A stretch of 64,000 nt of DNA from a virus. The notes beneath the pieces are model-generated. The model was not told the origin of the DNA. It worked only from the letters and a program-made list of their open reading frames with translations, and ran no database searches. The DNA is taken from positions 32,001 to 96,000 of IMG/VR virus record IMGVR_UViG_3300035698_031678. One strand, given 5' to 3'. Shown here piece by piece: positions 10,983-21,086 of this stretch (position 1 is its first letter; every line of letters starts with the position of its first letter). The translations under genes and the position numbers were made by a program.

Positions 10983-11282
10983 TTAATTAAGTTCGAGAAC
11001 TTCGCTTTCCACTTCTTCTTTTAATTTAGATCTTTCACCTTTTCTAAACCTATGAGAAACAAAAGCTGGCTCTAGGGTCTTGTTTACCACACTCATGTAT
11101 CTTGGTTCGTTAGTAACGCCTTCTAATAAGATGCCCACTACAAATCCATGATTTATAATAGCTCTAACTATATACTTCTTGCCTTTCTCTATCCACTGTT
11201 GAAAGTCTCTAGTTATTTCATCTGCTTTATCAGCATCTATAGTAGCATCTATGCAAATTACTAAATCTCCTACTGCAAACAT
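10983..11282 (-). CDS. hypothetical protein
   Basis: 99-aa ORF; FAVGDLVICID start suggests an SH3-like barrel. Confidence 0.6.
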   Translation of the reverse strand: MFAVGDLVICIDATIDADKADEITRDFQQWIEKGKKYIVRAIINHGFVVGILLEGVTNEPRYMSVVNKTLEPAFVSHRFRKGERSKLKEEVESEVLELN

Positions 11283-11284
11283 AA

Positions 11285-11647
11285 TTATAAATTTTTTACT
11301 AACATTGAATATAAATCGATAAGAGCGGTTGTTTTAGCTCTATTCTTTAAGTTCTCTGGAGTGTTAAAAGACCCTTTGGTAATCTCTGAAATTCTCATAT
11401 CTCTAATTTCCCCAAGCATTGTTATAACTTTCCCTTGATATTCCAATAAGCTGAAATGAAGCTTGTCTTTGTTTTCTCTAGAAAAAATTGATTTCAAGGT
11501 AGAAATTACGTCTATTTCTGAATTTTTTAAAACTTCGTTGTAAGCTTCTTGGAAATTTAATTCATTGAGATTACTACCTGGTGATAGCCTTATAAGCATT
11601 TCGGAAATTTCTTTCTTTATAATTTCTAATTTATTATTATTGTCCAT
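11285..11647 (-). CDS. hypothetical protein
   Basis: 120-aa ORF, first gene of a minus-strand operon. Confidence 0.6.
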   Translation of the reverse strand: MDNNNKLEIIKKEISEMLIRLSPGSNLNELNFQEAYNEVLKNSEIDVISTLKSIFSRENKDKLHFSLLEYQGKVITMLGEIRDMRISEITKGSFNTPENLKNRAKTTALIDLYSMLVKNL

Positions 11648-11696
11648 GGGATAATTTTTGTAATATGATAAATAAAAGAAATAAACATCAGTTTCA

Positions 11697-14285
11697 ATGT
11701 CTATAGTAACTGCAGAAGAATATTACAGAGATAGCATAGGTTTTCTAGAAGAGATTAGAGACATGCAAAAACAAGTTTTTGAAGAACTTGGTGGTGACTT
11801 GATGGATGGTATCGAAAGAATAGTAAATTCTCTAGATAAAATAAATGGTACTGGTGGTAAAGAAAAACAAGGTTCTTCTGGTTTTATGGATGGCATAGGA
11901 TCATCAGAAGAGATAGAATCAAGTGTTAAGGCTATAAACGCCTTAGATGTAGAAAAAGCGGAAACATTAATTAGAACTACAGAAAGCTTAAGCGGTTTTA
12001 AAGCTCCTTCAGCATCCTCTATAAAAAATGTAGGAGATTTTGCTGGTGGTATAGGTGATTTTCTTGAGACCTTAGAAAATATAAAAGTTGGTGAAGATGT
12101 TTTAGAACAATTTAGAATAATAACAGAAATAACATCTGGACTTAATTCTTTATCTAGGTCATTGGCGCTAAACGCTCCTTTTTTACTTATTGCCATGCCT
12201 ATCTCTAAACTATTACCTTTCTTGTTAGGAAGCATTTCAGATGCAATAGTAAGAGTAGATTCCAGGGTTGAGACAATGGACAGGTTTCCAACAACCATGA
12301 TGAAATTAGGCTTGGGTCTTACAATCTTTTCGGCTGGTTTAGCAGCTAGTGCATTGATAATAGGATTTACTGCTCTAAAAAGTCCTGAATCATTACTAAT
12401 GCTTGGAATTGTTATGGGCGCTACAGCATTAGCAGCATATGCTATAGGACTAAAAAGTACCGAAATTAATAAAGGTTCATTAACCATTGGTCTTATGGCA
12501 CTGGCACTACCAGTATTCGCTTTAGGAATGGTTACAGCAACTAACATGGTTCAAGAAGTTGGTTTTGAAAATGTGGCAGTTTTAGGTGGACTAATAGCCA
12601 TAACCGCACTAACATTTGGTGTTATTGGAAACTTTCTTCCTGTAATAGCTAAGGGTGCTTTGGCAGTTGGGATTATGGGATTAGGCTTATGGGCTTTTAC
12701 TTCTGGGCTTGATGGGATAGGAGAAATAGTTGAAGATTTAAACGTACTGTGGGCTTTGCCAACATTGATAGTTGGTTTAGGTGTCGTTTTTGCTGCTGCT
12801 GGAGCTGCATTACTTTTTATATTGCCAGGTGCAATTGCTATTGGTGCAATGGGTCTAGCTCTGATACCATTAGGACTAGGTCTAGAAGCGGTAATGAACA
12901 TACCAGATTTTGGTAAAGACAAAGCTGATAATTTTGCTAGAACACTAAAGTCAGTGGTTCAAGGCGTGTCAGAGTTGTCCTTAACAGATTTATTGACTTT
13001 ACCTCTTAAACTGCCAGTAATAGCTGGTATGGGTTTAGCTCTGATACCGTTTGCTAATGGAATCAATGCATTCCAGAAAAATGCTTCAGATTTCAGTCAA
13101 GCTGATGCAGACAATATGGAGTACGTTATTAGGAAAACTAGTCAAGCATTTGCGACAGCTGGTAGTACTGATGGTATGACTAAATTGTTTGGTTTTAACG
13201 TTGGTCAAAATGATGTAGAAAGAGGTATAGAGTCATCCATGATGATTGGTAAAAATCTTAATACTCTAGCAAAAGGTATATCAGCCTGGAGAGATGGTAA
13301 TTTCACAGAAGGAGACATAGAGAAAGTTGGTTCTAACATTACCAACGTTATGAACACTATACCAGCAGTGTTTGCAGCCATAGGATTGAGAGAGCGTGGT
13401 AGCGGTAATCAAATAAAAATTGGTGGTTTTAGTTTTGGCATGCCTTTTACCAAGACAGATACCGAATTGGGTATATCTTCTACAATGGAAATGGGTGAAA
13501 ACCTGGCTATGTTGCATAAAGGCATAATGGCTTGGAGGACTGGTGGTGATAATGATATAACGCCACACTTAGATCAAATAGTAGCAAACATTACCAACGT
13601 TCTTACTGCAATACCTCAAGCATTTGTAGCTGTTGGTAAGATGGAAAGTGAGAACGAACGATTTTTTGGTCTTATTGATGGTGATCTAGAAGAAGGTGTA
13701 GAATTGGTGTCTAGAATGACTAGACCATTAGAGCATTTAGCCACAATATTAACATCTTTTAATGCTCAAACGGATGCAAAGGTTATAGCAAATCATTTCA
13801 CAATACTAATGAAAGGTATTGTTACTAGTATTGACATGTTTACTGATAAAAGAACAGACAGGTTAGAAGACTTAATAGATCTTATGGAAGATCTTAATGA
13901 GGTTATAGAAGATCATTTTGAGGCTTTGAAAGATTTACCCCAAGACAGTATGGAGAAATTTGGTATGTATGCCGAATCTCTAAGAACATTGGGTGAGGTA
14001 GACATTAACAATGCTATTAAGGTTATGGATCTGCAAAATCAAAATGTAGAAAGAACAAAAACCATAAATGTTACCGAACTAAAAAGGGAAACAAGAGAGG
14101 TGGAAAGAGTTGTCAATGATGATGACATTAAAAAAGAGAATAACGAGATAAAAATTGAACTTAGAGAATTAAAAATGTTAATGCGTCAGGTGTTGTCAGC
14201 AATTTCTGGAAATAATTCTGGAGAAGACATATTGGATTACTTAAAATCTGGTACAATTAAAACTGAAGACGATCAAACTTTCTAG
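11697..14285 (+). CDS. tape measure-like protein
   Basis: 862 aa, Ala/Gly-rich helical with a long hydrophobic block and internal repeats (DVERGIESSM/DTELGISSTM/DLEEGVELVS); GATAAATA at 11667-11674. Confidence 0.7.
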   Translation: MSIVTAEEYYRDSIGFLEEIRDMQKQVFEELGGDLMDGIERIVNSLDKINGTGGKEKQGSSGFMDGIGSSEEIESSVKAINALDVEKAETLIRTTESLSGFKAPSASSIKNVGDFAGGIGDFLETLENIKVGEDVLEQFRIITEITSGLNSLSRSLALNAPFLLIAMPISKLLPFLLGSISDAIVRVDSRVETMDRFPTTMMKLGLGLTIFSAGLAASALIIGFTALKSPESLLMLGIVMGATALAAYAIGLKSTEINKGSLTIGLMALALPVFALGMVTATNMVQEVGFENVAVLGGLIAITALTFGVIGNFLPVIAKGALAVGIMGLGLWAFTSGLDGIGEIVEDLNVLWALPTLIVGLGVVFAAAGAALLFILPGAIAIGAMGLALIPLGLGLEAVMNIPDFGKDKADNFARTLKSVVQGVSELSLTDLLTLPLKLPVIAGMGLALIPFANGINAFQKNASDFSQADADNMEYVIRKTSQAFATAGSTDGMTKLFGFNVGQNDVERGIESSMMIGKNLNTLAKGISAWRDGNFTEGDIEKVGSNITNVMNTIPAVFAAIGLRERGSGNQIKIGGFSFGMPFTKTDTELGISSTMEMGENLAMLHKGIMAWRTGGDNDITPHLDQIVANITNVLTAIPQAFVAVGKMESENERFFGLIDGDLEEGVELVSRMTRPLEHLATILTSFNAQTDAKVIANHFTILMKGIVTSIDMFTDKRTDRLEDLIDLMEDLNEVIEDHFEALKDLPQDSMEKFGMYAESLRTLGEVDINNAIKVMDLQNQNVERTKTINVTELKRETREVERVVNDDDIKKENNEIKIELRELKMLMRQVLSAISGNNSGEDILDYLKSGTIKTEDDQTF

Positions 14286-14286
14286 A

Positions 14287-14766
14287 ATGAGTATAAAACA
14301 AAATAAACCTAGTAAAAGTAGTAGATACAAACAAGGCTATTATAGAGTTAAAAATTTAGAGAAATACATTGGTAATCCACAGCAAGTAATATTCAGAAGT
14401 GGTTATGAACTTAAATTTTTTGGTCTTTTGGATTCTTCTTACGATGTCCTAAAGTGGGATGCTGAACCAGAAGAAATGAAAATAAAGTATTGGAATCCTA
14501 TAAAAAATAGGTATGCTCACTACTATCCAGACGTTTACTGTGAGAAATTGATAGATGGTAAACTAAAAAAGTTGCTGATCGAGATTAAACCCATGTCAAA
14601 AACTACCAAGCCTAGAAATAACAAAGGTACTACTGATAGAGCTTACCAAAGAAGGCTAGCTGAGTATTTGATAATTCAAAACAAAGCCATAGCTGCTGGA
14701 AAGTACGCTGCCATGAAAGGCATGGAATATATTTTCATAACAGAAATTACTATAGGGAAACTATAG
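14287..14766 (+). CDS. head completion nuclease (T4 gp4/TnsA-like)
   Basis: YKQGYY..KN..KYIG...FRSGYE, YYPD and IEIKP PD-(D/E)xK motifs. Confidence 0.88.
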   Translation: MSIKQNKPSKSSRYKQGYYRVKNLEKYIGNPQQVIFRSGYELKFFGLLDSSYDVLKWDAEPEEMKIKYWNPIKNRYAHYYPDVYCEKLIDGKLKKLLIEIKPMSKTTKPRNNKGTTDRAYQRRLAEYLIIQNKAIAAGKYAAMKGMEYIFITEITIGKL

Positions 14767-14837
14767 GGTAATCTAAGACATTTATATGGCAAACATGGTT
14801 AAGTTAAATCTAAGTGTGACCATTTAAAAAATTATAA

Positions 14838-15815
14838 ATGTCAATAAAAAGTAAATTATTCGAAAATCTGTTCAATCCAGAAACCACTAAGGGCTTTGTG
14901 TTACCAGATAGGATTAGAAGTGAATTCCCAGATGATAGAATAGAAGGTAACTATCTATTTCATGGTACTCCAGGTTCTGGAAAATCCGCTCTAGCCATAT
15001 CCCTAGGTAAGAATTATGACACATATTACTTTAGAGCTTCTATAGAAGGGACAATAGATGCCCTAAGAAAAGGTAGCGATCTATACGACTTTTGTTCTAC
15101 AACCTCTTTAATATCTGGTGGTAAAAGAAAAGTAGTAATTTTAGACGAACTTAATGGAGTTAGTAGACAATTCTTTGAAGCCTTAAAGGGGTTTATAGAC
15201 AAATTCAAAGAAATAGGAGTGGTTTTTATAGGTACTACTAACTACATTGAGGACGTTGAAACAGCTATTATTTCAAGAATGAAACTGTTGGATTTCAACT
15301 TGATGCCAAATGAAGAAGAACCTTACAGATTTGCTTTTGAAACAAGGATTAAAGCAATACTATCTAAAATAGATGTTAGCTATGATCAAGATGGTTTAGA
15401 CGCTTTGATCAACAGAAGCTATCCAGACTGGAGAGGTGTTTTACAAGATCTTCAATATCTACACAGAAGTGGTATTAAGAAGATAGACCCAGAGGTTATT
15501 AAAAAAGATGTTTATCAGTACAATGCGCTGTTTGATCTTATAGCAAAAGGTAACTTTAGAGACCCACAAAAATGGTTACCAGTAATAAGAGAATACCAAA
15601 ATCCATTAGCTGTTATACAAGGAATAGAGAGAGAATTGTTTGATTACCTTAACAACAACCATCCTTCCCTATCACCGAACTATGCGGACTACATAATAAT
15701 CATAGCAAAGTATGTAGATATGGTTAACAGGAGAGTTGAGCCTACAATTTGCCTTAGAGCATTGATGGCTGAACTAATGAAGAGAACTTTTATACTATCT
15801 AATAAACCGACTTAA
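14838..15815 (+). CDS. clamp loader AAA+ subunit (T4 gp44/RFC-like)
   Basis: Walker A GTPGSGKS, Walker B VILDE, SRC-like SRM, YPDWR. Confidence 0.9.
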   Translation: MSIKSKLFENLFNPETTKGFVLPDRIRSEFPDDRIEGNYLFHGTPGSGKSALAISLGKNYDTYYFRASIEGTIDALRKGSDLYDFCSTTSLISGGKRKVVILDELNGVSRQFFEALKGFIDKFKEIGVVFIGTTNYIEDVETAIISRMKLLDFNLMPNEEEPYRFAFETRIKAILSKIDVSYDQDGLDALINRSYPDWRGVLQDLQYLHRSGIKKIDPEVIKKDVYQYNALFDLIAKGNFRDPQKWLPVIREYQNPLAVIQGIERELFDYLNNNHPSLSPNYADYIIIIAKYVDMVNRRVEPTICLRALMAELMKRTFILSNKPT

Positions 15816-15849
15816 ATACATAGTTTATAGACTGTTTAACATATGATAG

Positions 15850-15917
15850 AGAGATTTGGGGAAATCTCTTAATCCATTATTTTTAGGGGTAATCTTTCAA
15901 AAGGTTTCCCCTTAAAA
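15850..15917. terminator. two hairpins between convergent genes
   Basis: AGAGATTT-GGGG-AAATCTCT and AGGGG...CCCCT stems. Confidence 0.55.
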
Positions 15918-16625
15918 CTCAAGTAAGAAATCTGCTTCACTTTTCTGCTCATCCCATTTTTTCTCAGCTTTCTCAACAAACTTTTCACCTTTCTTTAAGT
16001 AGCCAGAAAGGTTTACCTTATAACCACCAATCAATTTTGCTTCTGTTAAGGTTAGTAATGTATGATTTTCTTCTATAAGTTTTCCAAAGAAATAATTTCT
16101 AAAATCCTTCATCTGGTACATAGCTTCGGGTTCCAGGGTAGAGGCTACTTCTAGTACCATTCCAGCAATTGGTTTTTTACCCTTAAGCACAAAAACATTG
16201 TTGTATTCACTATAGTCAAAAGATACAGTTTCTAATCTCATCTGACCAACAAAATGGTTTATACTAGCTGCTGCAACCGCTTGAACCATCATTGTTTGAC
16301 CACCATAGAAGTCGTGCATCATGTTGTTCATCTTTCTAAAATCAGGGTCTACTCCAGTACCTATACCATGAACGAATTGACCTTCCATTCTTATTGCACT
16401 CATTACTGCTTTAACGCACTTAGGCAATGTAATTCTGTTGTTAACAAAAGCACTAGTGTCTGCGACCATATAATGACTTAGTGTAGCTCTATCATCATTT
16501 TCGTAAAATTCTTCTAAACATTCTTCTAAAATAGTTAAAACTCTATCAGATTCTATGGGCATAGGTAATTTACCACCTAAACTGACCTCACTTTTCGCTT
16601 TGCTGATTATCATATTAACTTTCAT
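15912..16625 (-). CDS. neck/head-tail adaptor protein (T4 gp13-like)
   Basis: ECLEEFYE, ITLPKCVKAV and LIGGYKVN...G pattern of gp13-like neck proteins. Confidence 0.6.
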   Translation of the reverse strand: MKVNMIISKAKSEVSLGGKLPMPIESDRVLTILEECLEEFYENDDRATLSHYMVADTSAFVNNRITLPKCVKAVMSAIRMEGQFVHGIGTGVDPDFRKMNNMMHDFYGGQTMMVQAVAAASINHFVGQMRLETVSFDYSEYNNVFVLKGKKPIAGMVLEVASTLEPEAMYQMKDFRNYFFGKLIEENHTLLTLTEAKLIGGYKVNLSGYLKKGEKFVEKAEKKWDEQKSEADFLLEF

Positions 16626-16640
16626 GTCCTAAAATATTTT

Positions 16641-16650
16641 AATATATATC
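16641..16650. promoter_or_regulatory. overlapping bidirectional late-type element AATATATATC
   Basis: Reads AATATATA on + and GATATATA on -, between divergent structural genes. Confidence 0.45.
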
Positions 16651-16662
16651 ATATAGAACGAC

Positions 16663-19173
16663 ATGAATAATTACTTAGTTTTTAATAGTTTAGGGTTACC
16701 TTTATCTAAAGATATTGAAGGGATGCATGATTTTATCCTAAATATGCCTAGAAATTCTGTTGGAATACCAAATATAGAAAGACTGTACGTTTTTGAAGTG
16801 GTAGATGGAGAAATTGAAAAACCAGAGTTGAATTCCGAAAACACTATTAAAGTTACAGGAGAAGGTTATAACTTGGTTTCTATAGACAACGTTAATGAGT
16901 TGGTTAAATCAAAATCTCTAACTTTCCAAAGACTAAGAGAGTTTAGTGCAGATGCTCCAATAAGTGTAGACATACTTTCTAGTCACAGTAGTAGTGGTGT
17001 TAAAGAAGGTGTCTTAACCATGTTCGGAATAAGCCTGAAGGTTTACACAGAAATAGAAGAAGAAGAAAAAAGGTTTTCAGACCTACTAAATTTACAAGGT
17101 TTTAATCTAAGCTCTAAGGAAGAACTAATATTTAAGTCTTCTGATATAAATGAACCTCTTAACAATGCTCGAAGACTAAACGAAAAAAGAAAAGAGTTAC
17201 TAACTGAACTTAGAGAGATAAAGAAGTACTTACCAACCACTGTTGGTATAGAAAGACTAGTGAAGTTCTTCGAATATGAAGGAATAGTTGAGGTTAAAGA
17301 ATTTTGGTTAAATAAAACTAGCGGTCTTTTGGAGATAATGTCTTTAAGAGATAACCCTAGTAGGAATTTAAAGAAAACAAACAAATTTTCCATATTTTAC
17401 AAGGAAGATTATCCTAGTAAAGAGAACAATGAAGATGGTTTGCCAATAGTGGTAGACAATTTTTTAATTTCTGATGAAGAGGTACTTATTAAATTACTAT
17501 CTCTAAGAGATTACCTCAATTATAATGAAGTTGGTGGTATATCAAACATAATAGACGTAATTGGAGAATATCATAGGTATTACGCTTATGAGATAAAACA
17601 CTGGAAAGGTGAAAATGAATTAACTACCAGAGATCTGGATCTTTTTGTAGAGTTGGATATTTCTACTGACAATTACGTAAAAAAATTGAGACCTAATAGC
17701 GTATTTACGTTTCAGCCTAATATAACCAATAGTGAAATAGCTAGTAAAACAATTTTTGACCTAAAAGACCATTTAATATCTTGGTTTGAACCTAAGTTTA
17801 CTACTACTATAGAGATGTTAGATCAACCAGATTTGTTGGTGGGTTCTACTGTTTCTATTAGAGATAAGACATTTGATATAGCCTTTAGTGCTTTTACTGG
17901 TTCTTGGGATAGTAATGAAATAAACTATACTTGGGGTAATGTTAGTTCTCCTTACCACTACAAAACAATAGTAGTGATTACTAAAAACGTAGAGATAGAT
18001 GGTAGAGATTTTAAACTAACGCTTGAAGGTTTACCAGAAGATTTTAAAAATTTTGACGTAATTTTACCTTTTGATGGAGTTTATTCCATAGAACTTGTAC
18101 ACTTAGGTTATGATGGAGAAAATCTTTCTATTAAAATCAATAATGCAATTGTAGTACAAAAATATACTACGGAAATAGTAATGTTCTACAAGTCGTACAA
18201 CCCAGAAATACAATACTGGAAGGGTAACTATGAAAGCTGGGATAAACTTGGAGAGAGTTGGTCGGAAACAATAACTTCTAACAGCGGAAAGATATCTGAT
18301 TCTATACTTCCAATAGACAATCTTAATTACAACGATATTCTTAGAAGTGGTAAAGAAATTGTTAATGTTAAATGGGAAGATGACATAACAACCTGGGATC
18401 AGAGAAAAAACTTTAGGTGGAAAGATTTTGAAATGAATCTAGAAACAATACCTAATGTTAAATTATCTTTTTTTTCTCATGGTGGAGAAATATGGCTTAA
18501 CAATTTTAGAATGGTTATACCAGAGCAAATTCAAGAAAGCAATTTTGGTGGTTTTACAATTTGGTTCAATGATAATTGTCCAGAAGGCTACAAAGCGTAT
18601 CATAGAAAAACAAATTTCAAAAATTGGATAGAACTATACAACCATAATGAAACTTACAAAAAAGATATAATCTCTATTAATTCTAAGAACGAAATACTGG
18701 ATATGGGTAACAAATCTGGGATAAGGACAGAGGTGGTTAAAGTTATAAGCGCTGTTCCAAGTAGAAGCTCGGCATTATTTGTTGGTTCTTTAATCGCAGA
18801 CCCATTTACTGCATTACAACAAACAAACCTAGTTTTAGAAACAAATACACTCACCAAAAGGCTATTGCAAAATTACTCTTGGTCTAAAGAGGAAGCTTAT
18901 TTTGGTTGGGATAATATAATATACTCTAAAAATGGTGTAGAAGTTCCTTCTGGAGTACCAATTTTTTTAACCGCTAATAACGCTATTGGTGGTAAAATGA
19001 ATGTTAAATGGTACTTTAAAGACAATTTTGGAAACGTACTATTTACTAAGTATGGAATAACTACAGGGTTTATAGCGCCAGAACCTGGTCTTTACACTTA
19101 CGAAGTAGAAATAGAAGACAATGAGTCAAATAAATACACAATAGAAAAGACAAACTCAATCAAAGTTTTATAA
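16663..19173 (+). CDS. baseplate wedge-like structural protein with C-terminal PKD/Ig-like domain
   Basis: TTVGIERLVKFFEY...VKEFW motif (gpI/gp7-like), Trp repeats, C-terminal PGLYTYEVEIED. Confidence 0.6.
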   Translation: MNNYLVFNSLGLPLSKDIEGMHDFILNMPRNSVGIPNIERLYVFEVVDGEIEKPELNSENTIKVTGEGYNLVSIDNVNELVKSKSLTFQRLREFSADAPISVDILSSHSSSGVKEGVLTMFGISLKVYTEIEEEEKRFSDLLNLQGFNLSSKEELIFKSSDINEPLNNARRLNEKRKELLTELREIKKYLPTTVGIERLVKFFEYEGIVEVKEFWLNKTSGLLEIMSLRDNPSRNLKKTNKFSIFYKEDYPSKENNEDGLPIVVDNFLISDEEVLIKLLSLRDYLNYNEVGGISNIIDVIGEYHRYYAYEIKHWKGENELTTRDLDLFVELDISTDNYVKKLRPNSVFTFQPNITNSEIASKTIFDLKDHLISWFEPKFTTTIEMLDQPDLLVGSTVSIRDKTFDIAFSAFTGSWDSNEINYTWGNVSSPYHYKTIVVITKNVEIDGRDFKLTLEGLPEDFKNFDVILPFDGVYSIELVHLGYDGENLSIKINNAIVVQKYTTEIVMFYKSYNPEIQYWKGNYESWDKLGESWSETITSNSGKISDSILPIDNLNYNDILRSGKEIVNVKWEDDITTWDQRKNFRWKDFEMNLETIPNVKLSFFSHGGEIWLNNFRMVIPEQIQESNFGGFTIWFNDNCPEGYKAYHRKTNFKNWIELYNHNETYKKDIISINSKNEILDMGNKSGIRTEVVKVISAVPSRSSALFVGSLIADPFTALQQTNLVLETNTLTKRLLQNYSWSKEEAYFGWDNIIYSKNGVEVPSGVPIFLTANNAIGGKMNVKWYFKDNFGNVLFTKYGITTGFIAPEPGLYTYEVEIEDNESNKYTIEKTNSIKVL

Positions 19174-19556
19174 TGAGTAAAAAAACGCAAATAAAAAACG
19201 CCAGCGCTTCTTCTAGTAACGAGACAGTAAGACAGATATTTAACGATAATTTTAATATTATCAGAGACTATTTCAGTACTGAAAAAGTTTCTAACAATTC
19301 TGTAATAAAAACCAATAAAGCTGTTTCTTTCCAATTTCCCGAAGGAGAGCTAGTTGAAGGTAGATATCAACTTGACTACAAAAATGGAGTATTTTCCGTA
19401 ACAAGATACAAAGGAACACAAAAGGTGTATAACGTTGGTGACAATGCTATCATAGGTTCCAAACATCAACTAATACTATCAGGTGAAATAGAAAATAACG
19501 GTGGTAGTGTTGAAATAGAGTCTGGTGGAGAATTAATAATAATAGAAGATAACTAA
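19173..19556 (+). CDS. small virion protein with fibre-attachment-like N-terminus
   Basis: RQIFNDNFNII motif. Confidence 0.55.
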   Translation: MSKKTQIKNASASSSNETVRQIFNDNFNIIRDYFSTEKVSNNSVIKTNKAVSFQFPEGELVEGRYQLDYKNGVFSVTRYKGTQKVYNVGDNAIIGSKHQLILSGEIENNGGSVEIESGGELIIIEDN

Positions 19557-19558
19557 AA

Positions 19559-19918
19559 ATGATAGTATTTAAAGATAATATACTCGTAGAACCTGTTTTA
19601 AACAAAAGCATGGGTGATATTACTCTTAATGATAGAGTACTAGAGAAAAATGTAGAACAAAGAAAAAATCTTGGTGTAGTAATTGCAATATCTGATGGTA
19701 GCAACAAGGTCAAAATAGGAGACTATGTGGGTTATGCTAGTAGTGATGGAGTTAACGTAAAAAACGGTTTAAAAAAATACGTATTGCTTAGCAAAAGAGA
19801 AACTTTGTTTCAAACAGATGAATTAGAAGGGCTGGCAGTACACGATCACGAAAGGTATGAAGGAATAGATAGATTAGTTTCTAAGCATTACCACAAAAGA
19901 GAAGGTGTAAAATTATAA
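19559..19918 (+). CDS. groES: GroES-like co-chaperonin
   Basis: DNILVEP...GVVIAISDG...VKIGDYV Cpn10 pattern. Confidence 0.8.
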   Translation: MIVFKDNILVEPVLNKSMGDITLNDRVLEKNVEQRKNLGVVIAISDGSNKVKIGDYVGYASSDGVNVKNGLKKYVLLSKRETLFQTDELEGLAVHDHERYEGIDRLVSKHYHKREGVKL

Positions 19919-21037
19919 CCAATTTTTATCAAAAACACTGCTACCTAAATAATCATAAAAAGAATTTTTCTTTCTTACCATTTTAGGAAAGTTTTTAAAT
20001 ATATCGTTAAAATCTTTACAATTTTCAGTAAATGGGTAGTCCTTCTTAAACTTTCTCCACAAGAAAACTTCGCTACCACTATTAAGCCTTTTTATTGCAG
20101 CAGCCCTACCAGCAATATCATCATCAAAGAAATATGCTGCATTTGGAAAAGAGATAATATTGTTTGATCCCCACAATGCCATACTATTATTGAAATATTT
20201 TGAATCTAGTGCGGATTCAAAAATACTAACCTTTTTGCTAAAGTCTACATTCAATAAGTTATACATTAGGCTTATCCTATCAACCTCTTTAGCGAATTCT
20301 TCATCAAAATCTTCAGTTTTAAGAATCTTTTTGTATATGTCAGAAAAGGAATAAGATATAAATCTAGAACCATTGTCTAAAGGCTTTGACAGCCTTAGTT
20401 GCACCCCTATTACTTTACCGTTAAAAGTGTTAAAAGTATAAAGGTTTTTGAAAGAACTGTTCCAATACATGTCTTCTCTTTTAACAGTATCATAAGCATT
20501 TCTGCCAGTTAAATAATGATAAGCATCTACAGAAAGATCTACTTGAACAAGCCCATGAGCTTTGGCTATGGCTTTAGGGCAATGCATAAACTTCTCATCA
20601 TAAAACTCTGCTAAGGATTTCTTGTTAGAATTATTGTTTACAATGTGATCTACTGAAAGACTTTGTAATTGAGATATGGATAGTTCACCATCAGAAAATT
20701 GTTCTAAAAAAACATGTAAAGGTCTGTAAGTAAAACAACCTCCATTCCAACACTTAAAAGAACTAGTGTCTAAGTAGATTTTACCTCTTTTCTTAGCAGC
20801 ATCTTTATTACTATCTCCACAATAAGGGCAAGCTATTGAATAACCTTTAGCAGTAGGTTGAATGGTAGTTTTTTGAGGTTCTGTTGGAAATCTTTTTTGA
20901 AGAAGTTTATGAAGCACTTTAAGTATATCTTTTGCTCCAACAGCTTTCTCTTTAGATTTTATGGATTTATCTTCTCCACCAAACAAACCAAATTCTATTT
21001 TTTCTTCATCTATCATGATAAAATAATTATTAGCCAT
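19913..21037 (-). CDS. DNA primase (T4 gp61-like)
   Basis: Zn ribbon CPYCGDS...CWNGGC; TOPRIM FESALD, FDDD, KDFND. Confidence 0.9.
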   Translation of the reverse strand: MANNYFIMIDEEKIEFGLFGGEDKSIKSKEKAVGAKDILKVLHKLLQKRFPTEPQKTTIQPTAKGYSIACPYCGDSNKDAAKKRGKIYLDTSSFKCWNGGCFTYRPLHVFLEQFSDGELSISQLQSLSVDHIVNNNSNKKSLAEFYDEKFMHCPKAIAKAHGLVQVDLSVDAYHYLTGRNAYDTVKREDMYWNSSFKNLYTFNTFNGKVIGVQLRLSKPLDNGSRFISYSFSDIYKKILKTEDFDEEFAKEVDRISLMYNLLNVDFSKKVSIFESALDSKYFNNSMALWGSNNIISFPNAAYFFDDDIAGRAAAIKRLNSGSEVFLWRKFKKDYPFTENCKDFNDIFKNFPKMVRKKNSFYDYLGSSVFDKNWL

Positions 21038-21065
21038 AACAGGATTTTCTCTGTTATGGCTAATA
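21028..21065 (-). promoter_or_regulatory. 15-bp hairpin sequestering the primase start codon
   Basis: TATTAGCCATAACAG-N8-CTGTTATGGCTAATA perfect inverted repeat. Confidence 0.7.
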
Positions 21066-21086
21066 TAAAATTAGTAAGCTATTCTA

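Noticed and set aside
11723-13568. Long antisense ORFs opposite the tape measure gene
   Set aside because: Shadow ORFs of a biased coding strand; no motifs
14287-14766. TnsA-like transposase or mobile endonuclease
   Set aside because: Sequence and context fit the T4 gp4 head completion protein; no transposon ends or partner genes
14757-14826. GAAAC-type promoter upstream of the clamp loader
   Set aside because: Spacing to ATTTA does not match the HU/SSB copies
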